A stretch of DNA of 64,000 nt. It comes from Carcharhinus amblyrhynchos (lineage: Eukaryota). Both the position numbers and the translations under genes were made by a program. The notes under the pieces were generated by a model. It was not told the origin of the DNA. It saw only the letters and a list, made by a program, of their open reading frames with translations, and searched no databases. Positions 49,425-62,118 of this stretch are shown here, in pieces. The stretch's first letter is position 1. The number at the start of each line of letters is the position of its first letter. The stretch is from positions 42,780,001 through 42,844,000 of the forward strand of contig OZ336873.1 in the NCBI GenBank assembly GCA_965287045.1, given 5' to 3'.

Positions 49425-49742
49425 GTTAGTAGCTGTTGCTGGGAACAGAAGATTCAATTCCCAGCAACAGCTCCTAACAGCTTGAAAAAGGTTTGTAAAA
49501 GAAAGCCTTTCTTACTTCCATTTCATTTTTAAGTCCACAGTCATTTTTCTGCTGAAATCACTACTTCATGGGTGGTACAGACAAAACTGAGAGAAGATTA
49601 AAAAGAGCACAGCAGTGCCACCATTGCAGTCAAGCAATAGCTCGTGACTAACTAAGGCAGCGGTTACTAAAGGTACTGAAGCTCAAAGCTAAATTAACTC
49701 TAAACAAGCCAAAAGAAACTTGCACAGCTGTCAAAAACTCCA

Positions 49743-49876
49743 GGGGCCAGGTTTTCCAACCTCAGTCATAGCTGGGATTCTCCTGTCTCGCTGCAGTGAA
49801 GAGAGATTCGACTGAGCACCAAATTCTCCATTCTCGCTGGCAGCAGCGGCAGGGCGTGAACAGCCGGAAAATTCTG
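49743..49876. mobile_element. Short MITE
   Basis: Termini GGGGCCAGGTTTTCC / GGAAAATTCTG; related in reverse to 52110-52238 and 53745-53880. Confidence 0.55.
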
Positions 49877-49879
49877 AAA

Positions 49880-50635
49880 GAAAGTGTATTATTTAAATAG
49901 TGATATACTTTATTATATAAGTGGATGTACAAAGGTATCTGGGTTTCCGTGTACACCAGTCAATGATAGCAGGGAGGTAGGTGTAGCAAGCAACTAGGAA
50001 GGCAAATAGTATGTTGACCTTCATTACAAGAGAATTTGAGTTCAGAAGTAGGAATGGTTTATTGTATTGTACAGGGCCTTGGTGAGGGCACACCTGGAAT
50101 ATTGTGTGCAGTTTTAGTCTCCCTAAGTAAGAAAGGATATACTTGCAATAGTGGGAGTCCAGCAGAGTTCACTGGGCTGATACTGGGGTTGGCGGGACTG
50201 TCCTAAGGAGAAATTGGTTCAGTTGGGTCTGCATTCACTCACGTTTAGAAGGATGACAGGACATCTGATTGAAACCTATAAAATTCTAACAGAGCTGGAC
50301 AGTTTAGATGCAGGAAGGATGTTTTCTCTCGTTGTGAAATCTAGAATCAGGGGATATAGTATCAGGATGCAGGATAGACCATTTAGTACTAAAACGAGGA
50401 AAGCTTTCTTCACTCAAAGGGAAGTAAACCTAGGGAATTTTCTACTCCAGAAGGCTGTGAAGGAGAAGTCACTGATTATATTCAAGAAAGTGATAGATAA
50501 ATTGTTGGATTTTAATGGCATTATGAGATATGGGGAGAAAGCAGAAATATGGCATTCAGATAGAGGATCAGCTATGATCGTATTGAATGGCAGGGCAGGA
50601 TTGAAGAGTCAAATGGACCGACACGCCTCCTAGTT
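49880..50635 (+). mobile_element. CR1 3' fragment, decayed
   Basis: HLEYCVQF, GHLIETYKI and FFTQREVNL motifs. Confidence 0.9.
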
Positions 50636-52109
50636 TTTGCAGTCAGATAATGAGGGTAACCAGACCATTGGCATACAAAGTGAGCTGATGTTCAACATGG
50701 TAAACATCAAATAACATACTGACACAGTGATACCACCAGAAGCCATTGCCATCATTCAAATTACATGTCTACAGTTAAGGGACTGCATAATCTATATGCA
50801 AAACTGGATTGTGACGCAGGCTCAAACATTCTTCAATGAAATGTATGTACACACAGAAGTGACGATTCAATCAACAAAGGGCAAACTCATCACATTCCAT
50901 GACTTGGAGATTGCATCCCTGGGATCCATTACACTCAAGTGTCACAACAAAACCCCACTCTGGTCGCCCCAGATGTCTTATATTGTGGCCTTTACAGGTC
51001 CAGTGATCACAGGCCTACTTATGTGCAGGGGCCTGTCCTTGGCCATCACTAAGGTAATGTAAAGACCACAACAAGGATCTGAGACAATAAGGATCACTAT
51101 CAGAAACCCTGTGCTTACACTGGCAGAAGGTCAGTCATTGGCATCTTTCATTTTTCCCTATTTTTTAAGTAATGCATCTCATAGTCCTGGGAGTATTGAT
51201 GAGTGGAGTTCGCCAGTGCCTGCAGCAGTCAAGTCATTCCGTGGTGGGAATCAGAGGGGAAGGGCCACTGGAGCAGAGTGAAACCCGTGGGAATAGAAAT
51301 TAATACCAGTGAGCCGTAAGATTTGGCCCGAAAACACATTGGTGCGATACAGTCCATGCATTGCTGCAGAATCTTTTTAAGATTTCACCCAGGGGGTGAT
51401 AAAGATGATTCAGCTGAGGGAGTGGCCTTGTATCCAGAGAAGAGAGTTTAACTAGTGAGAGAGATTTAATAAGGACAAGAAGCTGGTGAAGTTAGTGGAG
51501 GCAGTTTCTGCATTCATGAACAATCCTCCCTCTATTTTTTCTTGGATTACACAAGCAATTTGTTTAAATGAGAAGTCCTTTGATATGTTTAAATAGTCCG
51601 TGCACTGTAACATAAAGGGCCCAATTTTCCATGGCCACAAATTTTGAAGGGAGCATTGGTCGTGACCATTCTAGGTTTTCTTGTATAAGATTACAAGAGT
51701 AAAATTCAAGGCCAATTCATACAGAAACCATTTGTTCAATGGGAACAATATTAGAATTTTCAGAATTTCTTTAATTTACTGGGTGTCAAAGTGCAAAAAA
51801 TCTTCAACAAATACATTGGGCGGCGTTATGAAATCTGAAGATACTGCGTCTGATACATGAATTCCATATTTAAATCGCAGAGAGGTTAAAAGCTAAGAGT
51901 TCACACAATCAGGAAAGTTCTCTGGTGCAGGAACAGATTCATGTTTCAGCTGAAGCAGAAGAGCAAGACAAGTCATGCTAGGCTTCATCTGAGGCTGCCT
52001 GCTGCTCAAACTGGGGTCACACTTCAAAGCCTCATAGAGATGCCATAGGAGGCAAGCGTGGATCGGAATGACAGATCCTTCACCCTGCGCGACATCATCC
52101 AGGTCAGAA

Positions 52110-52238
52110 CTCTCTGGTCTCGTCCACCCCACCACCGCTGCCAGTGAGAACGGAAAATTTGGCGCTCAGCCAAAACTCCATTCACTGCAGAGAGACCGGA
52201 AAATCCCAGCAGTGGGCGAGTTTGGAGAATTCTGGCCC
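52110..52238. mobile_element. Short MITE
   Basis: AGAACTCTC / GAGAATTCTGGCCC termini; same family as 49743-49876. Confidence 0.5.
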
Positions 52239-52814
52239 AACCTCTGAAAGGTCTTGCTGGAAGTTGCTGTCCACCTGGCAGTGGCAAGGTAGGCGCCAGT
52301 TAAATTAATTCCCCAGCTGAGTGTAAAATGGTGATGTCATTAGGGTCATCCAAAAGACTCTGAGGCAAAGTTGTCTGGAAGCAGCAGGTCAGCGGATGGT
52401 CATGAGCCATTGATGTCTCCCTTAACCACTAACCCGCACTTCCTGGAGTCACAGGGACCAGCAGCACGCAGCTGTTGCCTAATGCCATCCTGTGGAAGGG
52501 TTTCTCTTTTACACTAATGGTCTGAAAGCTGTGGACACATTTTTATTTTTTCAGACAGCATCTCCAACCCACATGTTCTTCTGCTTGTCCCAGTGGCAAT
52601 GCCAACATAATTAACTGCATGCCCCACCTATTCTATTCCATTGTCCACCTGTCATCCCTAATTCAACAGGTCAACTGGAGGTCATTTCCCAATTCACTGC
52701 CTCCAGGAAGATGACGATCGCTGTCCCACCATGGCCAATTTTGAGAGGCAGACATGGAGTTTAAGCCAACACTGAGAGCCTGGAAAATTCAGCACACTGT
52801 CCAAACTGTCCACA

Positions 52815-53019
52815 CTACCACAGAAAATAGTTGAGGCCAAAAGATCGTGTGATTTCAGGAAGAAATTAGATATATCTCTTCGGGCTGAAGGGATCATGGG
52901 TGACGGGGGGAAGGTGGGATTAGGGTACTGATTTGATGATCAGCTATGATCAAAATGAATGATGGAGCAGGCTCGAAGGGCTGAATGGCCTACTCCTGCT
53001 TCCAGTTTCTATGTTTCTA
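52815..53019 (+). mobile_element. CR1 3' end
   Basis: 3'UTR GGAGCAGGCTCGAAGGGCTGAATGGCCTACTCC plus a TTTCTATG tail. Confidence 0.85.
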
Positions 53020-53135
53020 AACTGGGCAAATGTTTTATTTCCTGACATATGCATCCTTTACCTTGATGAGTGTATGATTCATTCAAAATGGTAATTAATA
53101 ATTTGCAATTATTTTATGTATTTAACACATTGAGA

Positions 53136-53366
53136 TGGCGTAGTGGCACACTCTTGCCTCACAGCACTAGGAACCCAGCCTCAAGTCTGTGTAGAGTTTG
53201 CACATTCTCCCGTATCTGTGTGGGCTTCCTCTGGGTGCTCTAATTTTCTCCCACAATCCAAAGATGTGTAGGTTAGCTGGATTGGCCATATTAAATCATC
53301 CCTTAGTGTCAAAGGGACTAGCAGGGTAAATACTTGGGGTTTTGGGGATAGGGCCCGGGTAGGATA
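53136..53366 (+). mobile_element. V-SINE, degenerate
   Basis: V-domain present; tail truncated. Confidence 0.8.
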
Positions 53367-53899
53367 ATAAAGAAAAGTATTATCAAGTCAATAAATGCAG
53401 TCATTTCAAAATAAGTACAGAAAATACAGAGAGGACACAATTAATGCTTTGGGGCCAACTCCCAAGTAACTCTTGGAATATTCTGGAAATTTCAACACAA
53501 ATAACACAAAAATTGATCTAAACTCCAAATAAAGAATCAGTTATTTGAATAATGGGTTGTAAATCTTTCATATAAATCACCTTTCTATTTTCCAAATTAT
53601 ACTTATCGAACCAAAGAATGGTTTCAGACAGGAGGCAGCCATTGGACTCACCATATCAGTGCAGGCTTTCTGCAAGAGCGATTCATCTACTCCCCTGCCT
53701 CTTGCTTGTAACTGTGCGAATATTTCCATTTTAAATAATAAACCAAGGCTGGAATTCTCCAGCTGTTCACGCCCTGCTGACGCTACTGGTGATGATGGAG
53801 AATTTGGCATGCAACCAAATCTCTGCTCATTGTCACAAGAGCAGAGAATCCTGCTGGCATGACTGGCTGGTGAAGTCTGCTCTTAGTCTCATTCGAAAG

Positions 53900-54320
53900 C
53901 CATAGTTGAACGCGCTTGTCTCATACTTTCAGGCAGTGCCTTCCAGATTCTAACCAATTATTGTGTAAAAGGTTTTTCCTCCTGTCTCTGATCCTTCTTG
54001 TGTCAATCATCTTAAGTCAATGTCTTCTGTATCACTTTCTCCCTAATTGCTCTGTCCTGGCCCCTCAATTTTGAATACCTTTATCCAATTTCCTGTCAGC
54101 CGTCTCATCCCAAGGAAAATTGCCCCCGCTTCTCCAAAATGGCTATGTAATGGAAGTTCTTTATTCCTAAATCCATTCTCCTGAATCTCCCCTGCATTCT
54201 TTCTAACACCTTCACATTCGTCCTACAATGTGGTGCCCAAAACTGAGCGCAATACTCCAGTTGAAGCCAAACCATGTCTAATATAGATTTATCATTACTT
54301 CCTTGCTTTTATACTTTGTG
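53900..54320 (-). mobile_element. Old CR1 fragment
   Basis: The minus strand encodes LQLEYCAQFWAPHCR. Confidence 0.75.
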
Positions 54321-55272
54321 CTCCTGTTTTATATATATGAAGCACCGCCAGAGTATCTCCTGTATTTATAAAGCCCCATCTACAACAAGGTATCTAAAAT
54401 TGTTTAAAAATGACATAACATTCCTGGAATTCTCAGATAATCAGTGAATTAAATCATAAGGAATTAGTTTCTGATGAAGTAGTAGAAGAATTTAAATTTG
54501 TGAGCATTTTCATTCCCACTTTCGAGTCAGACAAGGCTTCCTACGGCATTGAAAAATTAAAATGCACGTCATTTCGTGAGTTGGCTTTGATCAACTTGTA
54601 ATCACTGATTCCAAATAGGGATGAAAATGTGGCAGCTTCTTGCCTCCTTGTGCTGCTTGTGAAGTAATTCATTTCTAGTGTTCACTTTACTCCAATTGTA
54701 ACATACCTTAAAAATGCTAATCATTTCTGAAGCATTGCCAGCAGCCTGCTATCAGTTGGCACAGGAGAATTCATTATGGGAACTGGCTTCAAGCCTCTTA
54801 TTATGATTTTGTGGATTTCTGGGCTTTAAAGGAGTGCTGTGGAAAAAATATTTTGATCTTGAAAGAAGTAATTGCGCAGCAAATGATTAGAACAGCCGTG
54901 TTTGTGTATTTGTCTCTATAATTATCTTATTACTTTTTCTGAAAATCCTGCAGACAATAAGATTGATTATTTGTTAAAGCATTGTTTCAGGAAATCCAAC
55001 AACTCCCTACATTTTCCCTGATGCGCTCTCGATTGCTGAATTTTGACAAATGAGGGGAACATACTTCATGGATCAAGATGTCACTGTAAGTGATTGTTGA
55101 AAAGAAAATCTATCATTCTTTTATTCAGTACAGAATAGCCCACTCATATCTTAAAATGCCTCAAAACTGGCAGGGCTGTGCTAGCTCAACACATCAAGTA
55201 GTTACAGGGTTCTGGAGGGCCAAGTCATTAACCCATGAAATTTAATCCGTAAAATATCACAGCATACAATTC

Positions 55273-56011
55273 AACCCAAGGAGAAGGAGGTTTTCATTGA
55301 CTTCAGGAATCATAAAGGAGAACATGCTCCTGTCTATATCAATGAGAATGAAGCAGAAATGGTCAATAGCCTCAAGGATTTTAGCTGTCCAGATCACCAA
55401 CAACTTGTCCTCGTCCCTCCTTGCTGCCACTATAATTAAGAAAGATCACCAATGCCTCTACTTTCACAGAAACTAAGGAAATTTGACATGAATGCTATGA
55501 CTCTCACCAACCTTTACAGATGCACCATAGAAAGCATTCTTTTTGGTTGTATCACAGCTTGGTATGGCTCCTGCTCTGCCCAAGACCGCAAGAAACTACA
55601 AAAGATCGTGGGTGAATCCCAGTCCATCACACAAACCAACCTCCCATCCATTGATTATGTCTACGTTTCCTGTTGCCTCGGAATTAATTAAGGACCCCAC
55701 GCACCCGGACATTCTCTCTTCCACCTTCTTCTGATGGAAAAAGACAGAAAAGTCTGAGGTCACGCACTAACCAGCTTAAGAATAGTTTCTTCCCTGCTGC
55801 CATCAGACTTTTGAATGGATCTACCTCGCACTAAGTTGATCTTTCTCTATACCCTAGCTATGACTGTAAGACTACATTCTGCACCCTCTCCTTTCCTTCT
55901 CGATGAATGGTATGTTTTGTCTGTATAGTGCGCAAGAAGCAATACTTTTCACTGCACACAAATACATGTGACAATAACAAATCAAATCAAATAATAAATC
56001 AAGTCAAAATC
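55273..56011 (+). mobile_element. Rex1/Babar LINE 3' portion
   Basis: LTNLYRCTIESILFGCITAWYGSCSAQDRKKLQ (the Rex1-type C-terminal domain); (CAAAT)n tail. Confidence 0.9.
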
Positions 56012-56296
56012 ACCAAGGGGACGTAGCTACAAGTAAAGGGCCAGTCATTTAAAACTGAAATGCGTGGAAATTTCTTCTCGCAGAGGGTGGTGAATCTTTG
56101 GCATTCTCTACCCCTAATGGTCATGGTGGCTGGAAGTATTCAAAGTGGAAGTGGATAAATATTTGATAGATTGAGGAGTAGAAGGCTATGGGGAATTGGC
56201 ACAGAAAACCAGTATAGATCAGCCGTGATTGTACTGAATTATGGGCAGGCTTGAAGGGCCTAGTGGCCTACTCCTGCTTCAATTTCTTGTGTTCTT
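56012..56296 (+). mobile_element. CR1 3' fragment
   Basis: NFFSQRVVNLWHSLP and 3'UTR. Confidence 0.85.
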
Positions 56297-57775
56297 TCAC
56301 CATCAAGCATGGGAGTGCCCATAGTACTTTCATGTTCAAATGACACTGTCTACTTTATAGCTAAAGTTATGGGATTAGCTTTCTTGATATTTGCCTTGGA
56401 ATACAACCTATTACAGCCAGAAATCTGTGAAAAATGGGGCAGAGTGTTATTTCACAGCATTTCTGCCCATTTTAAATTGGTGCAGGAATTTTCCATGTCT
56501 ACCTCTAGTAAGTGCAGGCTCATCAAAGAGACATGTCAAAAAAAAAAGTCAAGGTAATGTTACCTTCCCTAGCCTCACTTTCCTTCAGTCTATCTGTTAG
56601 GTACATAATTTTGTTGGCACTGGAACAAACTATAACTTGAGGCTAGTACAAGGAGCTCAAAGGAGCCAATGTCTGGAGGGATTCCGGCTTAGGGAGTGGG
56701 ATGTGGAGACAGGACAGTGTGGGGGGTGGTGGGCAGCCCAGAAATAATGCAGGCAACATTTACATCTTTTCACTTCTGACTGCTGTCCATCAGTGACCAG
56801 AATATTCCAATTTCCCAGCCCTGGCACTCATGCACTTCATTAGGGCAGAGAATCACTTGTTCAGCACCAGAATGGAAAGACAGAACAATATCCTGCCTTT
56901 GAGTCTAGCAAAATACTGTAAAGTCGAGAAAACAGCTACTGAAATAAGAGCAACATTTTTAGACTGTCCAAATTATTCAAATCATTATTCAATGCACGTT
57001 GAATTGTAAGACTGGGTACAACACTGACAATATGTGTTCACCTTGATGAGAGTCCATTTCGGACAGATGGAATGAAACTCTCCACCTTGCAAAGATTGTT
57101 CGGAAATGTAGGTGCAATTAACCTGCGCAATGTCAACCCACCTGTCAGATGATAATGTTTCACAGCCCAACATTTCTCTCAGACTCCACATTTATTGATT
57201 CTAATTTGGCAGTCTTGTTTTGAGAGGACAGGAGTTTAGTGAATGTAAGAAATCAAAGTGACACTTTGAAGCAGTGGAGTAATGGAGCACAAGTGCTTTA
57301 ACCTGAAGGTGTCAGAATGCATTTTCCACACTTCTTAATGCAGGAACAAATGCATTATGAACGCCACTTAAGTTCATCTTAAGAGGTCAAACAGAATGGC
57401 GTAGGGTCAATTCCCGACTGATCGACCTTCCACCACTGTGTAGAAAGCATTTAACCTTCACTTTACACAGTCTCCAGTTCTGTTCCTGAAGGTACTGGAT
57501 AATCTAACTGAAACCCCCCAGTCCTCATACTGCTTTGCAGTTTCTCTCAGCAACTGTCTTGCTCCTTTCCTAATTCCTTTCTCTTTTAGACTTTCTTTGC
57601 ACTGTTGACTTTCTCTCTTGTCCTTTCTTTCCTTTAGGCTTCTGGTATTTATTGTGTCATTGTGCAGTCATTTCTTTCTGTCAATGTTCACTCTCAATCA
57701 TTGTCTCTTCTTTCTCTTCCTGCAACTGAGCAGCATGAGTGAGTCAAAGCACATGCTTACATCTTTCCCTGCATT

Positions 57776-58696
57776 GGGGCTGATTTTTCCAGTCTGCTGT
57801 GCTGCCAGGAGACATCAAAGATGGCCGTTTAGCGGGCTCCCTGCTGGGCGCCATGGCCTCTATGCATCTCCGGACCCCGGATTTCCAGCATCATCAGCTC
57901 TGCGCTGGAAATTGGCGTGGAGCTGTTTAAATGTTTAAATTCCAATTTGAATCCAGTTAGTGGGCCCAGGACTGGCGGACAGCTCGACCCTCCTGGAGTG
58001 AAGGGTGGCCATGGAGGCCCCCCCGCCCCCAGGAGGGGAGGGTTGGGGGGGGTGGCCCCTAGGCATTTCCAACCTGGCAGTGCCAGTTGGCCCACTGGCA
58101 CTGCCTGATGGGCATTGGGCAGTGCCAAGGAGGTGAGGCCAGAGGGATGGGAGCTAATAGGAGTGGGGCCTATGTGGAAAGATCAGTGGGGGCAGGGAGT
58201 CCAGCTGCCATTCTGCATTTGGGATCATTGGCAAAGGAAGGGAAGGGCTGATCAGGGCTGGTCATCAAGGTGGGACGGGGAGGGTGTTGGTGGGGACTAC
58301 CAAGGTAGTCGGGGCTGTGGAGGGTTAAGGGAACGTTGAGTAGGTCTGAGAGGCCAGCGATAGATGGGTGAGTGGGTTTCACAGCCAGTGATGTGGGGCC
58401 ATGGAGCTGGTCAGCGAGTGGGAAGCTGGCAATGTGGGGCCATGATGCATGCCCAGATCTTGGCAATGACAGATTGGTGTATTCACAGTGGCCTAGTCAG
58501 TGCAATGCTGCCAGCCTTGAATAGCGGGAATAGCTATTCAAGCCTCCTGATTTTCAGTGTGAATCTTGCTAGGGCACTCTGCAGTGCTCGGAATGTGGGA
58601 ATTCATTTTGAAAATCCTGCTAAAAGAACCAGCAGGATTCACTCTCATTTTCACATAAATTTGGCATTTAGAATTTTGTTGGGAAAATCCCGCCCC
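57776..58696. mobile_element. Full-length GC-rich MITE (about 920 bp)
   Basis: Imperfect TIRs GGGGCTGATTTTTCC / GGAAAATCCCGCCCC; no coding capacity. Confidence 0.7.
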
Positions 58697-59322
58697 TTGA
58701 CTTTCCTGGAACAGGTTGCTGTCCTGAAGCCAGAGGCTATAAATTGAAGAGCATAACTCTGCATCAAGCATTGGTTGACATGGAGTGTTCTAATTGTCTG
58801 TCAGTGGTTTGTTTGGAAGAATTTGCAGGTTGACACCCAATCTGTTTGACTGCATTATGAATGCACTTTTCGTGGCGTTCACGTGCTGAAGTGGGATTTT
58901 AACCCAAAGCTTCTAGCCCAGAGGCTGGGAAGCTATTCATTGCACCGAAAGACTTCCCTAACAATTTTTATGTACAATGCAAGACCGTCCGGGAGGGGGG
59001 TCCCTCCTGGTGCCTGTTATATTCAAAGTGAAAGATATGTTGGTATCCGGAATCTGCTTGGTCGTGATCGAGGTCTACATGGACTCATTTAATTGTTTTG
59101 ATTAACATTCTACAGAGTTGACTGATCTATCCATGGAAGTCACCATCCTCCTAACGAACTGCAATATTAATCTGCTTGGGCAATAAGTGGACTCCTTCAT
59201 CCCCTCTGCAATCACGGATTATCTGTGAAAAACACTTCAATTGAATCAGATCTGTCCAGTAAAATGCCTTTGAAATAGCTTGGCAGGTCAGATCTGATCC
59301 CTAACTGAGTCAAATACACCCT

Positions 59323-59965
59323 CATAGGAACATAGAAATTCAGCCATTCGAGCCTGCTCTGCCATTTAATCAGACCATGGCTGATCACTTCCTGGTTTCA
59401 AATCCACCACACCACTTGTTCTGCGTATCCCTTTAACCCATTTTTAAAATCGGAAGTATGTCTATCTTCTTCTTAAAACCATTTCATGATTCAGACTCCA
59501 CTGCACTATACGGAAGAAAGTTCCTCAAATTCACCACCCTCTGTGAGAAGTAGTTCCTCCTCATCTTGGTTATAAATCTACCATCTCTCAACCCACATCT
59601 GTGACTTCTTGTTCTAGATTGCCCCATAAGAAGAAACATTTGGTCTACGTTTACTTTATCAATCCCTTTTAGTATTTTATATATCTCAATCAGATCCCCT
59701 CTCATCCTCTAAACTCCTGTAATATAAGCCCAAACTGTTTAATCTCTCCTCTTACCTTAACCCTTTCATCTCCGGAATTAATCTGGTGAACCTTTTCTGA
59801 ACTGCCTCCAATACCATCACATCCTTCCTCAAATAAGGAGACAAAACTGGACACAATTTTTCAGATGTGGTCTCACCAACACCCTGTACAATTGCAACAA
59901 CACTTCTTGATACTCCAGTCCTTTTGCGGTAAATGCTCACATGCCATTTGCATTTTTGTTACATG
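59323..59965 (-). mobile_element. CR1 3' fragment
   Basis: LEAVQKRFTRLIP, RGDLIEIYKI and YFSQRVVNL motifs. Confidence 0.9.
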
Positions 59966-60494
59966 CTTACCTCCAACCGATAGAGTATCTATACTTGAGC
60001 AATTAGTTTTAAATCAGGGTGAGCAAGTGGAGATAGCCATTGAGGTACACATTTAAATAATCTAACACTTGATGCTAAACAAAATCCAATATCCAAGATA
60101 AAGTGTCCCCTGAGTGTGGTTTCCTCTCCCAGTCAGCATCAGGCCCTGAAACCGGTCTGTGGCATTCAGTTGTTATTGTGATGTGGTGTCAATCATCAAC
60201 TGCTGGCCCAGTGTTATTAGAATTAGGCAATGGTGACTCAGTGCCTTATCCAACAGTATTCCAGTGCCGTTCCTACAACCACCAGCTTCACGTTTGTGAA
60301 ACATAGGCCTGTCAAAGTGCCTCTGTTGGTACATCAGCTAATCAAACAGAATTGAGAAATTTTTCATTGAAGATATTGTGTGCTGTAATTATCCAAATCT
60401 ACTCAATCCCAGTCCACCCAGTAGCTGCTGCAACACAAATCATTGTGTGTGCTATAGAAAACTCAATATTTGTTTTGATCATTTTTATGGAATG

Positions 60495-60812
60495 CAGCTG
60501 GGCCAGCATTTATTGTCCATCCTTAAATACCATCCATTTCCAAGGGCATTTGAGTGTCAACCACTGCGGGTCTATATACCAGACCAGAAAAGGAGAGCAG
60601 ATTTCCTTCTTTAAAGGATATTAGGGAACCAGGTAGGTTTTTCCAACAATCAACAATGGTTTCATGGTCAGCATTAGATTTTTAATTCCAGATTTTTATT
60701 GAAATCAAATGTCACTATCTGCCCATTATCGATGGGATTTGAACCTTTGTCCCCAGGTCTAAGCATTACCCTAGGTTTCTGGATTGCCAGCCCAGTGTTG
60801 ATTCCACCGCCT
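60495..60812 (-). mobile_element. tRNA-head SINE of the second family
   Basis: Reverse match to the 45157-45749 family. Confidence 0.7.
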
Positions 60813-61842
60813 CCCATAACATAATATAATGTGTCATTACTTTAAGTTAAAATAAATTTAAATAAGTTTAGACATGAAATAAATACATTAGATAGAAGTA
60901 AATTTATAAAACACCTTGCAGTTTCTCTCAGAAATACTTCACGTTCAAAAATCCATTGTGGAGTTGTTATCATAATATGGAGAAATGCAACAACTGCTTT
61001 GCACAAAGCAAAATCCACAGATAGCAATAAAACGCACGAACAATTCATCAGTTTTTTATGATGCTGGTAGTCCTGCTTTGGAGATGTCTTTTGAGAGAAA
61101 CACAAAGCTTCATCATTACCATATAAAACATGTTAGCTCCCATTATAAAGCTAGTATTTCTGAGGTTGAACTTCACTTTAATCCAATCAGCAAAACAAAG
61201 CAAAAGTCCCTTTGAGACTGATTGTGACTGGTTATATTATCTGTGTCTAGTAAGCAGGCACAGTGATGTGATTAGGGGTCCATTGAATGAAGATACCCAC
61301 AAATGATTACTGAATTGTTTTGAATCAATTGTAAGAATGCAGAACTATTATGCAAGTATTGTCTCTCAACACATTAACATTGAAACAATTATTTTGTATA
61401 ACTGGTTCTGACACCTCGTGGTATAGCAGGTGGCTGGATATAGGGCTGTAGCATTATAATACAATCACTCTGCAATCTGCACACCTTTCTATATAGCGAT
61501 TACGATAATGGGAGCCTCACAAAAGAACTCATGTCATGTCAAATATTTATTCACCCTATGGGTGAAGAGGTTGAATTTTAAAATCTAGTTAATTAAGGAA
61601 ACAAAGAACAAAGAAAAGTACAGCACAGGAACAGGCCCTTTGGCCTTCTAAGCCTGTGCCGATCATGATGTCCTAACTAAACTAAAGAAGACCTTCTGTC
61701 CTTACTCAGTTCATATCCCTCTATTCCCTCCCTATTCGTGTACCCATCCAGATGCCTCATAAATATTGCTAATGTGCCTGCTTCCACCACACCATCAGGC
61801 AGTGCACTCCAGACAGCCATCATTCTCTGGGTGAAAAACTGC

Positions 61843-62118
61843 ACATAAGAACATAAGAACATAAGAAATAGGAGCAGGAGTAGGCCATCTAGCCCTTCGA
61901 GCCTGCCCCGCCATTCAATAAGATCATGGCTGATCTGTTGTGGCTCAGTTCCACTTTCCCGCCCTCTCCCCATAACCCTTAATCCCCTCTCTTATCAAGA
62001 ACCCATCAACCCGCTTCTTAAAAATATTTAGCGAGGCAGCCTCCACCACTTCAACGGGCAGAGAATTCCAGAGATTCACCACCCTTTGAGTGAAGAAGTT
62101 CCTCCTCAACTCCGTTCT
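61843..62118 (-). mobile_element. Young CR1 subfamily, short 3' copy nested in CR1
   Basis: Near-identical to 20909-21180 in reverse; (TTCTTATG)n tail. Confidence 0.95.
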
